Positions 42,040 through 53,684 of a stretch of DNA of 64,000 nucleotides are shown one piece after another. The notes below the pieces were generated by a model that did not search any database, was not told the origin of the DNA, and was given only the letters and a program-made list of their open reading frames with translations. The stretch spans positions 63,798,001-63,862,000 of the forward strand of contig CM060734.1 in assembly GCA_030704615.1 (NCBI GenBank), in the 5' to 3' direction. Each line of letters opens with the position of its first letter. Within the stretch, counting starts at the first letter, position 1. Source of the stretch: Takakia lepidozioides (Eukaryota > Plantae > Bryophyta). Both the position numbers and the translations under genes were made by a program.

Positions 42040-43200
42040 GAAGAATGTCCGAACAAAACAATGTTAGGCATAAACTTCCCTGAACTCGTTTCCAGTTTGT
42101 GACATGGGTGAGGACTTTGAGGATGATCTGAAGGGTAGACCTACCCTTGGCACTAGACTGAAAATTTAACCTCCGGATGGGGAGTCTACCTTTGAACAAT
42201 AAACAGATGCAGAGAGGAAAGGGAGATTGTCGATGCTCACTGGTGTGGGTGGCCTGAAGACAATGTCCATTTTGTGATACAAGTCTGGGGTATTCTCATC
42301 AGAGAGCGACCCTCTTCAGGACCATCAAGAACATAGTCCCTGCACCTCTGTTCACCAACTATCAATATCTCAAGGCTGAGTCTAAAGCGGTGGGCCCTGT
42401 TGGGGTCTCATTGCTTGGTAGCCCACATACAACAAAACTGATGAACGTGTGAAGGGCTTTCTAAAAGGAATCTGGAAAGCCTGAACTAATGTTTATAACA
42501 CGGTAAGTCCTACTAATGGAGTGAGCCCCTCATTCTAATGGCAGACAGTTAATTAATTGTCTAGAAGATCTTCAGCTTTTCACCTTGAATATCAGGACAA
42601 GAGGTGACCAAGTGCAGTGGACTCGTGAGAAATCCCAAACTGGGGAACGCTCCATTGTGGATTATATCATAATGGACAAAAATTTGTTCCCCCAGTGTGC
42701 GAATGTGTTGATCGACAGAACTGATATTGCTACCTCTGACCAGTTCCTGGTTTGGAATGAGATCAAAAGGTGTTTTCCCAACACCAAGAGATATGTGAAA
42801 CATTCGATTCGGAAGTGGCGCATAGAAAAACTTCATAATGAGGAGGTCAAGGTTGAGTATGTCCAGGCCTTGCAAGAGGCTCTCCCTCTCGATGCAATCG
42901 CTCCAAGAACTTCAGTCTCGCTCTGATAACGCAAGAAATGAAGTCGAAAGAGCAGGGGACTCTTGGGAGAGTTTCGTTTCCTCCGTGGTTGACAAGATCA
43001 TTGGGATGAAACTAATTGTCTGTGCTAGAGCTGTTAATTGGTGGACCAATGAGATTAAACTCAAGATAGCTGAGAGACGAGCCCTCTATAAAGAGTGCTG
43101 CAATTTGGAAACCAACAGAGAATTGTGGGCGAGGTACTACCAGCTCCGTAAAGATATCAATCAGCTTGTTAGGTCTCAGAACCCTAAATTATACTGGGAC
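42040..43200 (+). mobile_element. Two LINE ORF2 fragments inside the CACTA
   Basis: ~42040-42545: C-terminal region (LRMGSLPLN...C..C..ED.VHF...Y...R..LF) and putative 3' end. ~42560-43200: end of APE endonuclease (SIVDYII...TSDQFLVW) plus linker (VCARAVNWWTNEIK). Confidence 0.65.
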
Positions 43201-43881
43201 AAGTTATATAGTGTTTGAAACTCGGAACTTTGGTGCAGATCGCAAACCTGCTGATGGGTTGGGGAGTTTGCAGGGTGCTTTGCGCGCTTTCTCTTTGTTG
43301 GGGCTTCTTTCATCGTTTCCATCTCTGACTCCGAGCTGGTCTCATTCAAGTCTTCATGTGCGGCATAATCTTGGTCTCGCTCCCGTCTCGCTGCAATTCT
43401 TGCTCTCGTGCCTCCTCTGTGTCTGACTCCGCTACCACCTGCGCTTCCTCCTCTTGCTCTACCTCTTTCTCCCGTTGTGACATTGCAGAGTGCAGGAGTT
43501 GAACTCTGTGACTTCGGCGAGGAGGACCTGTGTGTTTGAGGATTTCCTCAACGGGCGTTTAGGGCGACTCAATCTCGCTTCGACGCTGCAAAGAAGAAGA
43601 AGAAAGACAATGTCAGCAGCAGCAAAACCCTAACATATCCTCTCTGCAGGTTTGGAGCTTTTAATGCGGTTTCATGGCTAGGGCTAGGTAGGGCATATGA
43701 AAAAACGCAAGTTCGGACCTCTTTGCAATGTCGTAGATCTTCAGTCGTGCGAAGAATGCCTTGTTCTCCGCTTGACGCTTTGCTCGTTCTACCTCCCTCG
43801 CTGTAGGCTTGCGCCCTGGTGTAACTTCTGGACACTCTATGTCTGTCTCCATTTCCTGACGAGTCTCACTCAGTCGCCAAG

Positions 43882-46800
43882 ATGATCCCTCCTACTGCCC
43901 ATCGATTGCAAAGGCGGACACAAGCAGAACATGACGATGACAGATTGTGGAAACTAGAGGAAGCGCGAGCAAGAAGACTGGGTCTTCGGAAAATTCTATG
44001 TCCATGCAATGCCTGTCATGGTGGGAACTGGCAAACCATTGGCCGGGCTAAGCGTCATCTGCTTTTGAACTTGCGAGATCCTAACTTGCGAGAACTCCCG
44101 GTGCATATCTGTGGATTCTCTTCCCTTAACCCTGATGCATACTTTGAAATTATAAGAAACAGTTCAAATTCCTGGTAGCGGGATTGTTGTAAGGTGTAGA
44201 GTATTGTACATGCCCGTTTTCCTATTGCCACGTGCCTGTATTATGGCACGTTCCACATCCACCATTTCCAACCCTAAACTCCCCATCTTATTGTGGATTG
44301 ACATGTGGACTGATATGCTTATAAGCAGGAAAACTCTGGAGACGAACATGAGGGGTTTAGAACGGAAACCAGCCCTGCAGGTGGTCCTGATACCTTGGAT
44401 CGTAATCTTGACATGCTTAGAATGCTCCGGGAGACATTCGCAACTACAGATAATGGGGTGCAAACTGGTGATGCACATGAGGAACCGGGAGATGGAACAC
44501 AGGGCCAATGGGACACAGATGGAGTGCCAGAGCAGACTGATGGTGGACTGAAGAGCGATGGTGATCGTGGTGCAGCGAGTGCCTTACGTTTTGAGCAGGA
44601 GGCATCCAGGGCTTTGTATGTAGGGAGTTCTTCCTCTCGATTGTCTGCTACCTTACTGCTGTTAAATGCTTGTCAAACCCATGGTGTGTCAAACACCTTT
44701 GTCGATGAACTCCTTACATTGTTAGGAAGACAACTGTTGCCAGCAGACAATTGCCTGCCAAAGTCCCACTATGAGGCAAAACAACTCATAATGGAACTCG
44801 GGCTTCATTACGAGAGTATACATGCATGTCCGAAAGGTTGTGTGTTGTTCAGAAGGGAGCTTCAAAATTTGGAGGTTTGTCCAAAATGTCAGGCATGTCG
44901 TTATGTGGTGGGTACGAAGACACCAGTACCTCGTAAGGTCCTTCGACATTTCCCTATCATTCCAAGGCTGCTTCGAATGTATAAAGCCAAATCCATCTCA
45001 GAGTTATTGTCATGGCACTTTAAGAATCGAAGTTTGGATGGCTTGGTTAGGCACCCAGCAGACAGCAAGGCTTGGGCCCACATTGACCAAAAATGGCCTG
45101 AGTTTGCAGCGGACCCCAAAATCTGCGATTGGGTCTCGCATGGGATGGTGTCAATCCTTACAGTGATAAATCAAACAAATGGTCAACTTGGCCTGTCATG
45201 TTGGTAAACTATAATCTTCCACCATGGCTGTGTACTAAGCCATTTTTCACGATGTTGGCTTTATTGATTCCTGGACCACAATCTGTGGGAAATGACAATG
45301 CAGATGTTTATCTGCAGCCCCTTGTGGATGAGCTGAAATTGTTGTGGGAAGTTGGTGTGGAGGCATTGGATGGAAGTAGCCTAGTGGGGCAACAGTCATT
45401 TCGCATGAGGGCCATCTTGATGTGGTCAATCCACGACTTTCCAGCTTATGGGTTGCTAGCAGGATGCGCACACGGGGGATACAAGGCCTGCCCAGCTTGC
45501 GGCCCTAATGTTGATTCCAGGTACTCCAAGGCATGCAAAAAAGTTTTGTATCTTGGTCATAGGAGATACTTGCCTGCTATTCATCCCTATAGGAATAACT
45601 CGTCCCACTTTAATGGACATGTGGAACATAGAGCAGCTCCTATGGTGGTCACTGCAAGTGAGCAATTTGACCGGGCTACAACCAGAGAGTTGTATCTCGC
45701 AATGGGAGGGGCTGAGGGGGAAAACTGGACCCTTCAAAGGAACATGGCATGAAACGGGTCACTGTTTTGAACCAATTGCCATACTGGAAAGACTTACTCA
45801 TCCGATACACACTGGATGTGATGCATTGTGAAAAAAATTTGTGTGAGAATGTGCTGAGAACCATTCTTGGGGAGAAGGACACAGCCACATCTAGGAAGGA
45901 TATGGAACTCAATGTCATTCGTGAACACTTGTGGTTGAGACCCCATCCCTCTCACCCGAACAAGTTGGTCAAGCCTTTGGCCCCATATGTTCTTACTGAA
46001 GATGAGAAGGTGCTGTTTTTGGAAACATTGGCTGCAGTAAAGGCCCCCACAGGTTATGCTGCCACATTCCAGAAACATGTGGCTGACAATAAACTGTCTA
46101 CAATGAAAACCCATGACTACCATGTAATGATGCAGCAGATTTTACCTCTTTGCATTCGAGGGGTATTGGGAAAGGGTCCACGGATGGCAATTATGAGGCT
46201 TTCTCGAGTCTTCCAAAAAGTGTGTGCAAAGATCATTAATCCAGCTGAGGTACCGGCCTTAAAAGAAGATGTTGCAATCACTATGTGTCTGCTGGAGAAA
46301 GAATTCCCTCCGTCATTTTTTGATATCATGACTCACTTGCTTGTACACCTTGTGGACGAATTGGAGGTGTGTGGTCCCGTGTCTAGCCGTTGGATGTATC
46401 CTATGGAACGGTATATGAAGACATTAAAAGGCTATGTAAGGAATATGAGCCGACCTGAAGGGAGCATGGCGGAAGGGTATGCTTTGGATGAGGCCCTAGG
46501 GTTTCTAACTGAGTATATGGCTGAATTTCATGCTACAAGCCGAAGGGTGTGGGACTCCAATGAAAAAGACTCAGTTAGTGGGGAGGTGGTTGAAGGATTG
46601 GGAACTGTACGAGTCCTCACCATTCAAGAACGAGACAGTGCACACGAGTATATTTTGCACAACACAGATTGCATGAAACCATTCCTTGAGTAAGTATGTT
46701 GCTTATCATATCCTGTGTGTTTCATTTCTGCCAATGGTATAAGCTGTAATCCTAATTTGCAATTCTCATTTGGACAGGGCCTATGAAGAGGAGATGGCAC

Positions 46801-47690
46801 TCATAGAAGCATCCCGCACTGAGTTCAGAACAGCATACCTTTGTGGACAAGACCAAGACCACCACAATGGAGAAATTCCATACCCAACAGATATGCGCTT
46901 ACTGGCTCCATTCCATGAATGGATTGAAGGTGCTGTCCAACGCAAGGTGAGTTCAGGTGAGTCCTATGATTTGGACATATGCCATTTATGTATACCACCA
47001 GCAGTACAGTCATTGGGCTTCAAGTCCATGTATGCTTACGGCAATCACTTTCGAGCAATAAGTGATGGGACTGGCGCCAGAGACAGGGTGACATTTGATT
47101 CTGGAGTTGCTCAAGTATTCCATCAGGAAAGCGAAAACAGAGCAGGTATGTCCAGACGAGTGTTATCCCAATTGGAATATGTGGGTGTTGTAAGAGAAAT
47201 AATTCAACTGGATTACGGAATTCTTCACCCAATTCTGTTCTTGTGTACATGGGTGAGGTCACACATGGTGGGCCGGAATGCCACCATGAAACGAGATGAT
47301 TATGGCTTTCTCTTGGTTGACTTCAGTCGCATGTTGCCTGGGATGGAGCAGCCCTGGACATTCCCTAGTCAGGTGGAGCAAGTTTTTTTCTCGGATGAAA
47401 AAAGTTCACGAGGGAACTGGAAGGTGGTCCTTCACAAGGACCCTCGATCCCGACGAGTGGTTCACGATATTACAGAAGTGGCACTGGGTGAGGGAGACAT
47501 TTATGTAGGCATGGTGCCTCCTGAAATTCCTCATAACATCATGACTGAGCTTGCTGTTTGTGTTCCTTTGAGTGAGGCAGATGAATTGGCCATTGCCAAC
47601 TTGAATGCACCTGCAAGGCAGAGGCAAAATGGTAGAAGGCGGAGGCAAGCTCCACATGGGAGGTACCAAGCCAGTTGTGCTATGGTGTAG
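43882..47690 (+). pseudogene. CACTA TnpD/Tnp2 transposase, frameshifted
   Basis: CPCNAC transposase-associated domain; IHACPKGC...CPKC; HPADSKAW; LAWDGVNP; IHDFPAYG; LDVMHCEKN; WMYPMERYM; DUF4216-like C-terminus (FPSQVEQVFF). Introns after 44100 and ~46690; frameshifts at ~45120 and ~45725. Confidence 0.92.
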
Positions 47691-49297
47691 AGTTGGTTTC
47701 TGCTATTGCATGTACTTTTCCAGGGTTTAGACTTGATACAGCATGGTACCTTCCATGGGTGGGAGTGACTGAGCTGTTGGGGTGGGCAGAATTCTGACAA
47801 ACACACTTTCATTTGTGACAGTGAACCCTAAACAGTCATGAAGCTGTGGCATGAATCTTTTCTGACCCTAATCAATGGTGGCCCAATTGTGGGAAAAAGG
47901 TGAATGCATGTTGGATTATAGAGAGTAGCAGATGCAATTGAGCATAGGAACTAGTGTGAGAAGTTGAGTTGGGTGTTTCCTTGAACAAATGTAGGCTGTT
48001 ATTGTCAGTTGCTACCAGCAAGGCAAAGATGTATGCATGATTTGTGAGAGGCATGGATAGCTGAAGGAGCAGGGATAGAGTGTGGGTCCAGATTCATCGG
48101 TGAGGGCCACATTTCAAGCACAACATTGCCTATGATTCCTTGTGGAAGGATTGGTACAAGAAACCTGCATGGGTAGATGGTCAACTGGAAGCCGCAGCAG
48201 CAGCGGCACAATTGGTAAAATCAGGCGATGAGGGCACCTTCTTCAACACATTTCAGCCTGTTTTTCCCCCTTATCACAATCGGCCCTAAATTTCCATGTT
48301 GAATTATGCAAGTTAGCTGGTTGACTGAATCTTTGATAGATTGGAGTGACTTTGACATGATACTGCCAATGTGACAACAGGAAAGTATCCAAAAACAGGT
48401 ACAAGAGATGAGGAGAAGGTGTGGAATGAATACTTTTCTGATTTGGTCAAGTTTAGGGAGTGTTCAACACCATGGCTGAACAAGATGTGGTGTCGTGGAG
48501 CGCGATGCTTGCAGGATGTGCACAGCAGTGAAGTGGGATGGAGCCTTTGAATTGCTGAATTGGCCATTGCCAACTTGAATGCACCTGCAAGGCAGAGGCG
48601 AAATGGTAGAAGGCGGAGGCAAGCTCCACATGGGAGGTACCAAGCCAGTTGTGCTATGGTGTAGAGTTGGTTTCTGCTATTGCATGTACTTTTCCAGGGT
48701 TTATACTTGATACAGCATGGTACCTTACATGGGTGGGAGTGACTGAGCTGTTGGGGTGGGCAGAATTCTGACAAACACACTTTCATTTGTGACAGTGAAC
48801 CCTAAACAGTCATGAAGCTGTGGCATGAATACTTTTCTGACCCTAATCAATGGTGGCCCAATTGTGGCAAAAAGGTGAATGTCTGTTGGATTACAGAGAG
48901 TAGCAGATGCAATTGAGCATATGAACTAGTGTGAGAAGTTGAGTTGGGTGTTTCCTAGAACAAATGTAGGCTGTTATTGTCAGCTGCTACCAGCAAGGCA
49001 AGGATGTATGCATGATTTGTGCAGAGGCATGGATAGCTGAAGGAGCAGGGATAGAGTGTGGGTCCAGATTCATCGGTGAGGGCCACATTTCAAGCACAAC
49101 ATTGCCTATGATTCCTTGTGGGAGAATAGCTACAAGAAACCTGCATGGGTAGATGGTCAACTGGAAGCCGCAGCAGCAGCGACACAATTGGTAAAATCAG
49201 GCAATGAGGGCACCTTCTTCAACACATTTCACCCTGTTTTTCCCTCTTATTAGAATCGGCCCTAAATTTCCATGTTGAATTCTGCAAGTTAGCTGGT
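47582..49297 (+). repeat. Direct duplication (~740 bp) inside the CACTA 3' region
   Basis: 47582-48321 vs 48556-49297 are highly similar, separated by a PPR-chimera spacer; the unit includes the TnpD C-terminal end. Confidence 0.9.
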
Positions 49298-49650
49298 GGT
49301 GGACACATGTATAGCAAATGTGGGAGCACTGAGGATGCGTGTTCAACACTATGGCTGAACGAGATTGTGCGTTTGCAGTGCGTGTGCAAGTCTGGCAGCT
49401 TTGGATGCATCACCAAAGTTGGAATTGTAACAGATGCGATCCAAATGTGGGGAGCATCAAGGGTATGCCAAATGCCTCGTATGCCAAATGTGGGAGCATC
49501 AAGGGCAAACCTGGCAGCTCTGGAAAAAGGGAAGAGGTCCATGGCTTCATTGTCAAAGCTGGAATTCTACCTGATGTGATTCTGAACAATGCCCTCGTGG
49601 ACATGTATGCCAAATGTGGGAGCATCAAGGATGCGAAGGCAGTTTTCCAA
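49298..49650 (+). pseudogene. Captured PPR gene fragments within the CACTA
   Basis: VDTCIANVG/MYSKCGSTEDA; YAKCGSIK; GEEVHGFIVKAGILPDVILNNALVDMYAKCGSIKDAKAVF. Confidence 0.8.
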
Positions 49651-50778
49651 CACTATGGCTCTTGGAGTGATTTTGACATGTACCAGCGAAGGGGAGAAAG
49701 TGGGGCCCTCAGTAGACGAGTTGAAAAGCACTAGTTAAAAAGCACTGGCGCTTGATAGGGTGGGGCAAAATTCAGGCTGGGGTGATCATTGATATCCCGG
49801 ACGCAATGTAAAAAAGACGGTTGTGAGTGAAGGACACCCGTAGCAAAAAAACCCTGCTGTCTCAAAAAAGGAGGCAGTCACAAAGAGCAAGGCACTTTGT
49901 CCAAGCTTCTCGAATCTAGCAACAATGTGGACAGGGATTGAGTCATTGGGAACAATTTATGTAAGGTGGCGAAGAAAACCTTGTCTGAGGATCACTGGAT
50001 ATTTCTCTAGTACGGTTGGACTAGTAGAGATTGAAATCCGTGCTCAGCTTAGCTTCAGATTGTCTCATTGTGAAGGGTCACGGTTGACTGGACAGAAATG
50101 GGATTGACATTGCCGGGCTCCCAAATCTCTGAGACGACATGTGGTAGTTTTATCTATAGCTTCTCAAAGCAATTGTTTTACATTGTTCATTATAGTGTGA
50201 CATTCTCATAACGATATTGTCGTCAGCTGCATGAGCAGTGCATCTTTTTGGATTGTTGGTCCCCATAACCCTAATAACCTTTTTGAACTTTTTAAATTCT
50301 CTAAACAAAAGTCTATGTGTTATGTCGTCCAGGGCATGTTGAATAGAGGTGGAAGTCATTTTATCCATCCATCTTCCACCTGGATGTCAATGGGCCAAGT
50401 CATATCCACCTTGATGGTCAATGTGCCACGCCATATAGTTGCCCCAAATTCCTGTAGGACATCTGACACTCACCTCACACTCCATGACTCATTTGACACT
50501 CATGTCAAATGCCCCATATGAATTATCTTGGTCAACATTTGTTGACCGTATGGGTGTCATTTGAGTGTGAAATTTGTAACACCATGTGGCTTTTCCTACA
50601 ATGATCCAAATCACACCTTGCCTCGTCTCACATGGGTGTAAGAAGAGCCGTTCAAAGTGCCAGGTGTGAACTATGGGTGGTGTTGGAAAAACCGGTTTCT
50701 GTAGTAGTGTTTCAAGCTTTAGAGAGCTAGAATGGAAGGGCTAGGGCTGGTTTCCACTTGGGTGAAAGAAAAACACCT

Positions 50779-51910
50779 GTGAGGGGCTGTGTCGGGCTGT
50801 GCCGGTGGCCTTCCGAGCTATGACGAGTTGTGAGGGGCTGTATCGGGCTGTGCCGGTGGCCTTCCGGGCTGCGCCAGGCTGTGAGGGGCTGTGTCGGGCT
50901 GTGCCGGTGGCCTTCTGGGCTGTGACGAGCTGTGCCGGGCTGCGCCAGGCTGTGAGGGGCTGTGTCAGGCTGTGACGAGCTGTGCCGGGCTGAGAGGGGC
51001 TGTGTCGGGCTGTGCCAGTGGCCTTCCGGGCTGTGACGAGCTGTGGCGGGTTGCGCCCGGCTGTGAGGGGCTGTGTCGGGCTGTGCCGGTGGCCTTCCGG
51101 GCTGTGTCGGGCTGCGTCGGGCTGTGAGGGGCTGTGTCGGGCTGTGCCGGTGGCCTTCCGGGCTGTGACGAGCTGTGCCGGGCTGCGCCGGGCTGTGAGG
51201 GGCTGTGTCGGGCTGTGTCAGTGGCCTTCCAGGCTGTGACGAGCTGTGCCGGGCTGAGAGGGGCTGTGTCGGGCTGTGCCGGTGGCCTTCCGGGCTGTGA
51301 CGAGTTGTGGCGGGCTGCGCCGGGCGGAGAGGGCTGTGTCGGGCTGTGGTCGGTGGCCTTCCGGGCTGTGACGAGCTGTGGCGGGCTGCACCAGGCTGTG
51401 AGGGGCTGTGTCGGGCTGTGCCGGTGGCCTTCCGGGCTGTGACGAGTTGTGCCGGGCTGTGAGGGGCTGTGTCGGGCTGTGCCGGTGGCCTTCCGGGCTG
51501 TGACGAGCTGTGTCGGGCTGAGAGGGGCTGTGTAGGGCTGTGCCGGTGGCCTTCCGAGCTGTGACGAGCTGTGCCGGGCTGCGCCGGGCTGTGATGGGCT
51601 GTGCCGGTGGCCTTTAGGGCTGTGACGGGCTGTCACGGGCTGCGCCAGTGGCCTTCAGGGCTGTGACGGGCTGCGCCCCTGGCCTTTGGGGCTGTGACGG
51701 GCTGTGACAGGCTGTGCCCATGGCCTTTGGGGCTGTGATGGGCCGTGAGGGGCTGTGATAGGCCGTGCCTGAGGCCTTTGGGGCTGTGACGGGCTGTGAC
51801 AGGCCGTGCCTGAGGCCTTTGGGGCTGTGACGGGTTGTGACAGGCCGTGCCTGAGGCCTTTAGGGCTGTGAGGGGCTGTGACAGGCCGTGCCCGAGGCCT
51901 TTGGGGCTGG
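50779..51910. repeat. GC-rich tandem array of ~10-bp GGGCTGTG.. subunits in ~60-70-bp higher-order units
   Basis: Typical unit gggctgtgacgagctgtgccgggctgcgccgggctgtgaggggctgtgtcgggctgtgccggtggccttcc, degenerating after ~51600. Confidence 0.9.
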
Positions 51911-52080
51911 GGCCTATGTAGGGCTGTGACGACTGTGACCAGTGACCAATGTAGGCTGTGCTGGTCTGTGGTGGCCCGTGTTGACCTGTGGAGGGCCAGT
52001 GCTGACTCGTGGAGGCACTGGTGGACTGCCTAAGGACTGGCATGTGGTCTTGAAGGCGGAATTTTGACGCTCGTGGAGGG

Positions 52081-52996
52081 TGTTAGAGGGCTGTCTGGGA
52101 CATAGTCACATTTACAGGGGATCTGTGGAATACCAGGGGATCTGTGGGACTTAGACACATTACAAGGGATCTGTGGGGTACCCTTAAATTTTGCAGTCAC
52201 AGCCAGTCACAGCCACACAGCCATACCCAGGCCGACACAGCCCGACACAGCCACACAGCCATACCCAGGCCGACACAGCCCGACACAGCCACACAGCCAT
52301 ACACAGCCCGTCACAGCCCGACTCAGTTGCACAGCTAGTCACAGCCATACACAGCCCGTCACAGTGCACACAGCCAGTCACAGCTTGACACAGCTGTCAC
52401 AGTCATAGGGAACGACTGTGGGGAACAACATCTGCGAAGGGAACATGTAGTTCACGGATGACGGTTAGTGAGGGAAGCGGTTAGAGCAGCTGATAGGAGA
52501 TAAAATCAGGAGCGGGGACGGGAGAGGGGGACTTCTTGGATCACTTCTTGGGGGATCATTTCTGGGAAGTGAGAGGGCGGATAGAGGGGAGCTTGGGAGT
52601 ACAAGGAGGATGTTACCACAGCAGAAGGGAGGAGGAGACAATTGCGACTTAGTTAGTATAAGCTGGTGAATTACATAGAGAGGTAGATTAGAGAAACTGT
52701 GGCATCAATATGTATCTGATTCTTATTAATCTGATTCTTATCCGATACAAGCACACTGTGTAGAGAGACCTGAGAGAAGTTGTGCATGAATGGAATCAGG
52801 GGATCAAAGGAGCAACCATGAACTGAGAATATGAAACCAATAAGGAATATAAATTGGAAACCCAACCATGATTCACTAGCTGCACGTCATGTCTGATTGT
52901 TCCACGCGGGTTGAATGCTTAGAGATATCCAACTCTTCTATCTTGGAGTTTCCCCCTCGGATAACGAAGGGATGGGTGAGTAAAAGCCGCGCGACA
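52081..52996 (+). repeat. 5' LTR (916 bp) containing CACAGCC repeats
   Basis: Starts TGTTAGAGGG (same as 63842) and ends GCGACA, 2 nt before the PBS. Confidence 0.8.
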
Positions 52997-52998
52997 TT

Positions 52999-53016
52999 TG
53001 GCGACCATACTGGGGA
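52999..53016 (+). promoter_or_regulatory. Primer binding site (tRNA-Arg-like)
   Basis: TGGCGACCATACTGGGGA resembles Arg-type PBSs of plant non-chromoviruses. Confidence 0.7.
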
Positions 53017-53684
53017 ACTGAGTCATGAACAACCAGATGTGACAGGCATCTGGTGGGATCATGGTGGATGGAGAATTAAAAAATTTGATGTGAATCAAAT
53101 TCCTTGTGGAACAAAGAAGGAAAGATTGTCTAAACAATTCTTTCAGAGGTTCTTGGAATTGCCAGACGGTTGTAAAGAAAATATTCTGAAGAGAGTGCAT
53201 GATGCTGACCCGGAATGGGGTCTGGAGAAATGAGTGATACAGATTTATCAGGTAGCCTGTAGAGGAAGAGCACGTTGGTTACCCACACTAGTTTATGTGA
53301 TAGCCTTGCTATCCATTAAAAGAGTGGAGTTTGAAAGCTGGGAGGAAAGAAAAGTGAATGTTTACACTCATATGCATGAGGAGCTTGTACTGGTAAAGAA
53401 TTGGATTCCAAAGGATATTTTGTGGATCAAGCTCACACCAAGAACAGCTTTTCAGACTTGTTTACCATATGGGTATATGGTAACAGAGACCTCCAGTATG
53501 GCCAGAGGTACATTGAAGCTTGAAAGAAACCCAGGCATATACGAGAGATACTACAGAAGAGAGTTTTGGTCATTGCCACACTAAAGAAATGAAAGACATG
53601 GGACATGAGTGATGAAAGAGAAGCTAGACTCCAAAGATATTCAGCAAAAAGAGAAATTTATCTGAAAGCTAATTATCCATACCT

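Larger units (their letters stand above)
37280..50709. mobile_element. CACTA/En-Spm transposon, 13.4 kb, decayed autonomous-type element
   Basis: Ends CACTAGTACAGAAACTGGTTTTT / AAAAACCGGTTTCTGTAGTAGTG, TSD TTT (37277-37279, 50710-50712), inverted subterminal AACGGCTCTTCT (37305) / AGAAGAGCCGTT (50641); divergent TnpA-like and TnpD genes. Confidence 0.92.

Noticed and set aside
49700-50400. Additional gene in the CACTA right arm
   Set aside because: Short ORFs with no recognisable motif.
50779-52400. CRISPR array or repetitive protein ORFs (e.g. 223 aa at 50965-51636)
   Set aside because: Contiguous tandem repeats with no unique spacers, in eukaryotic DNA; the ORFs are by-products of a stop-free repeat.
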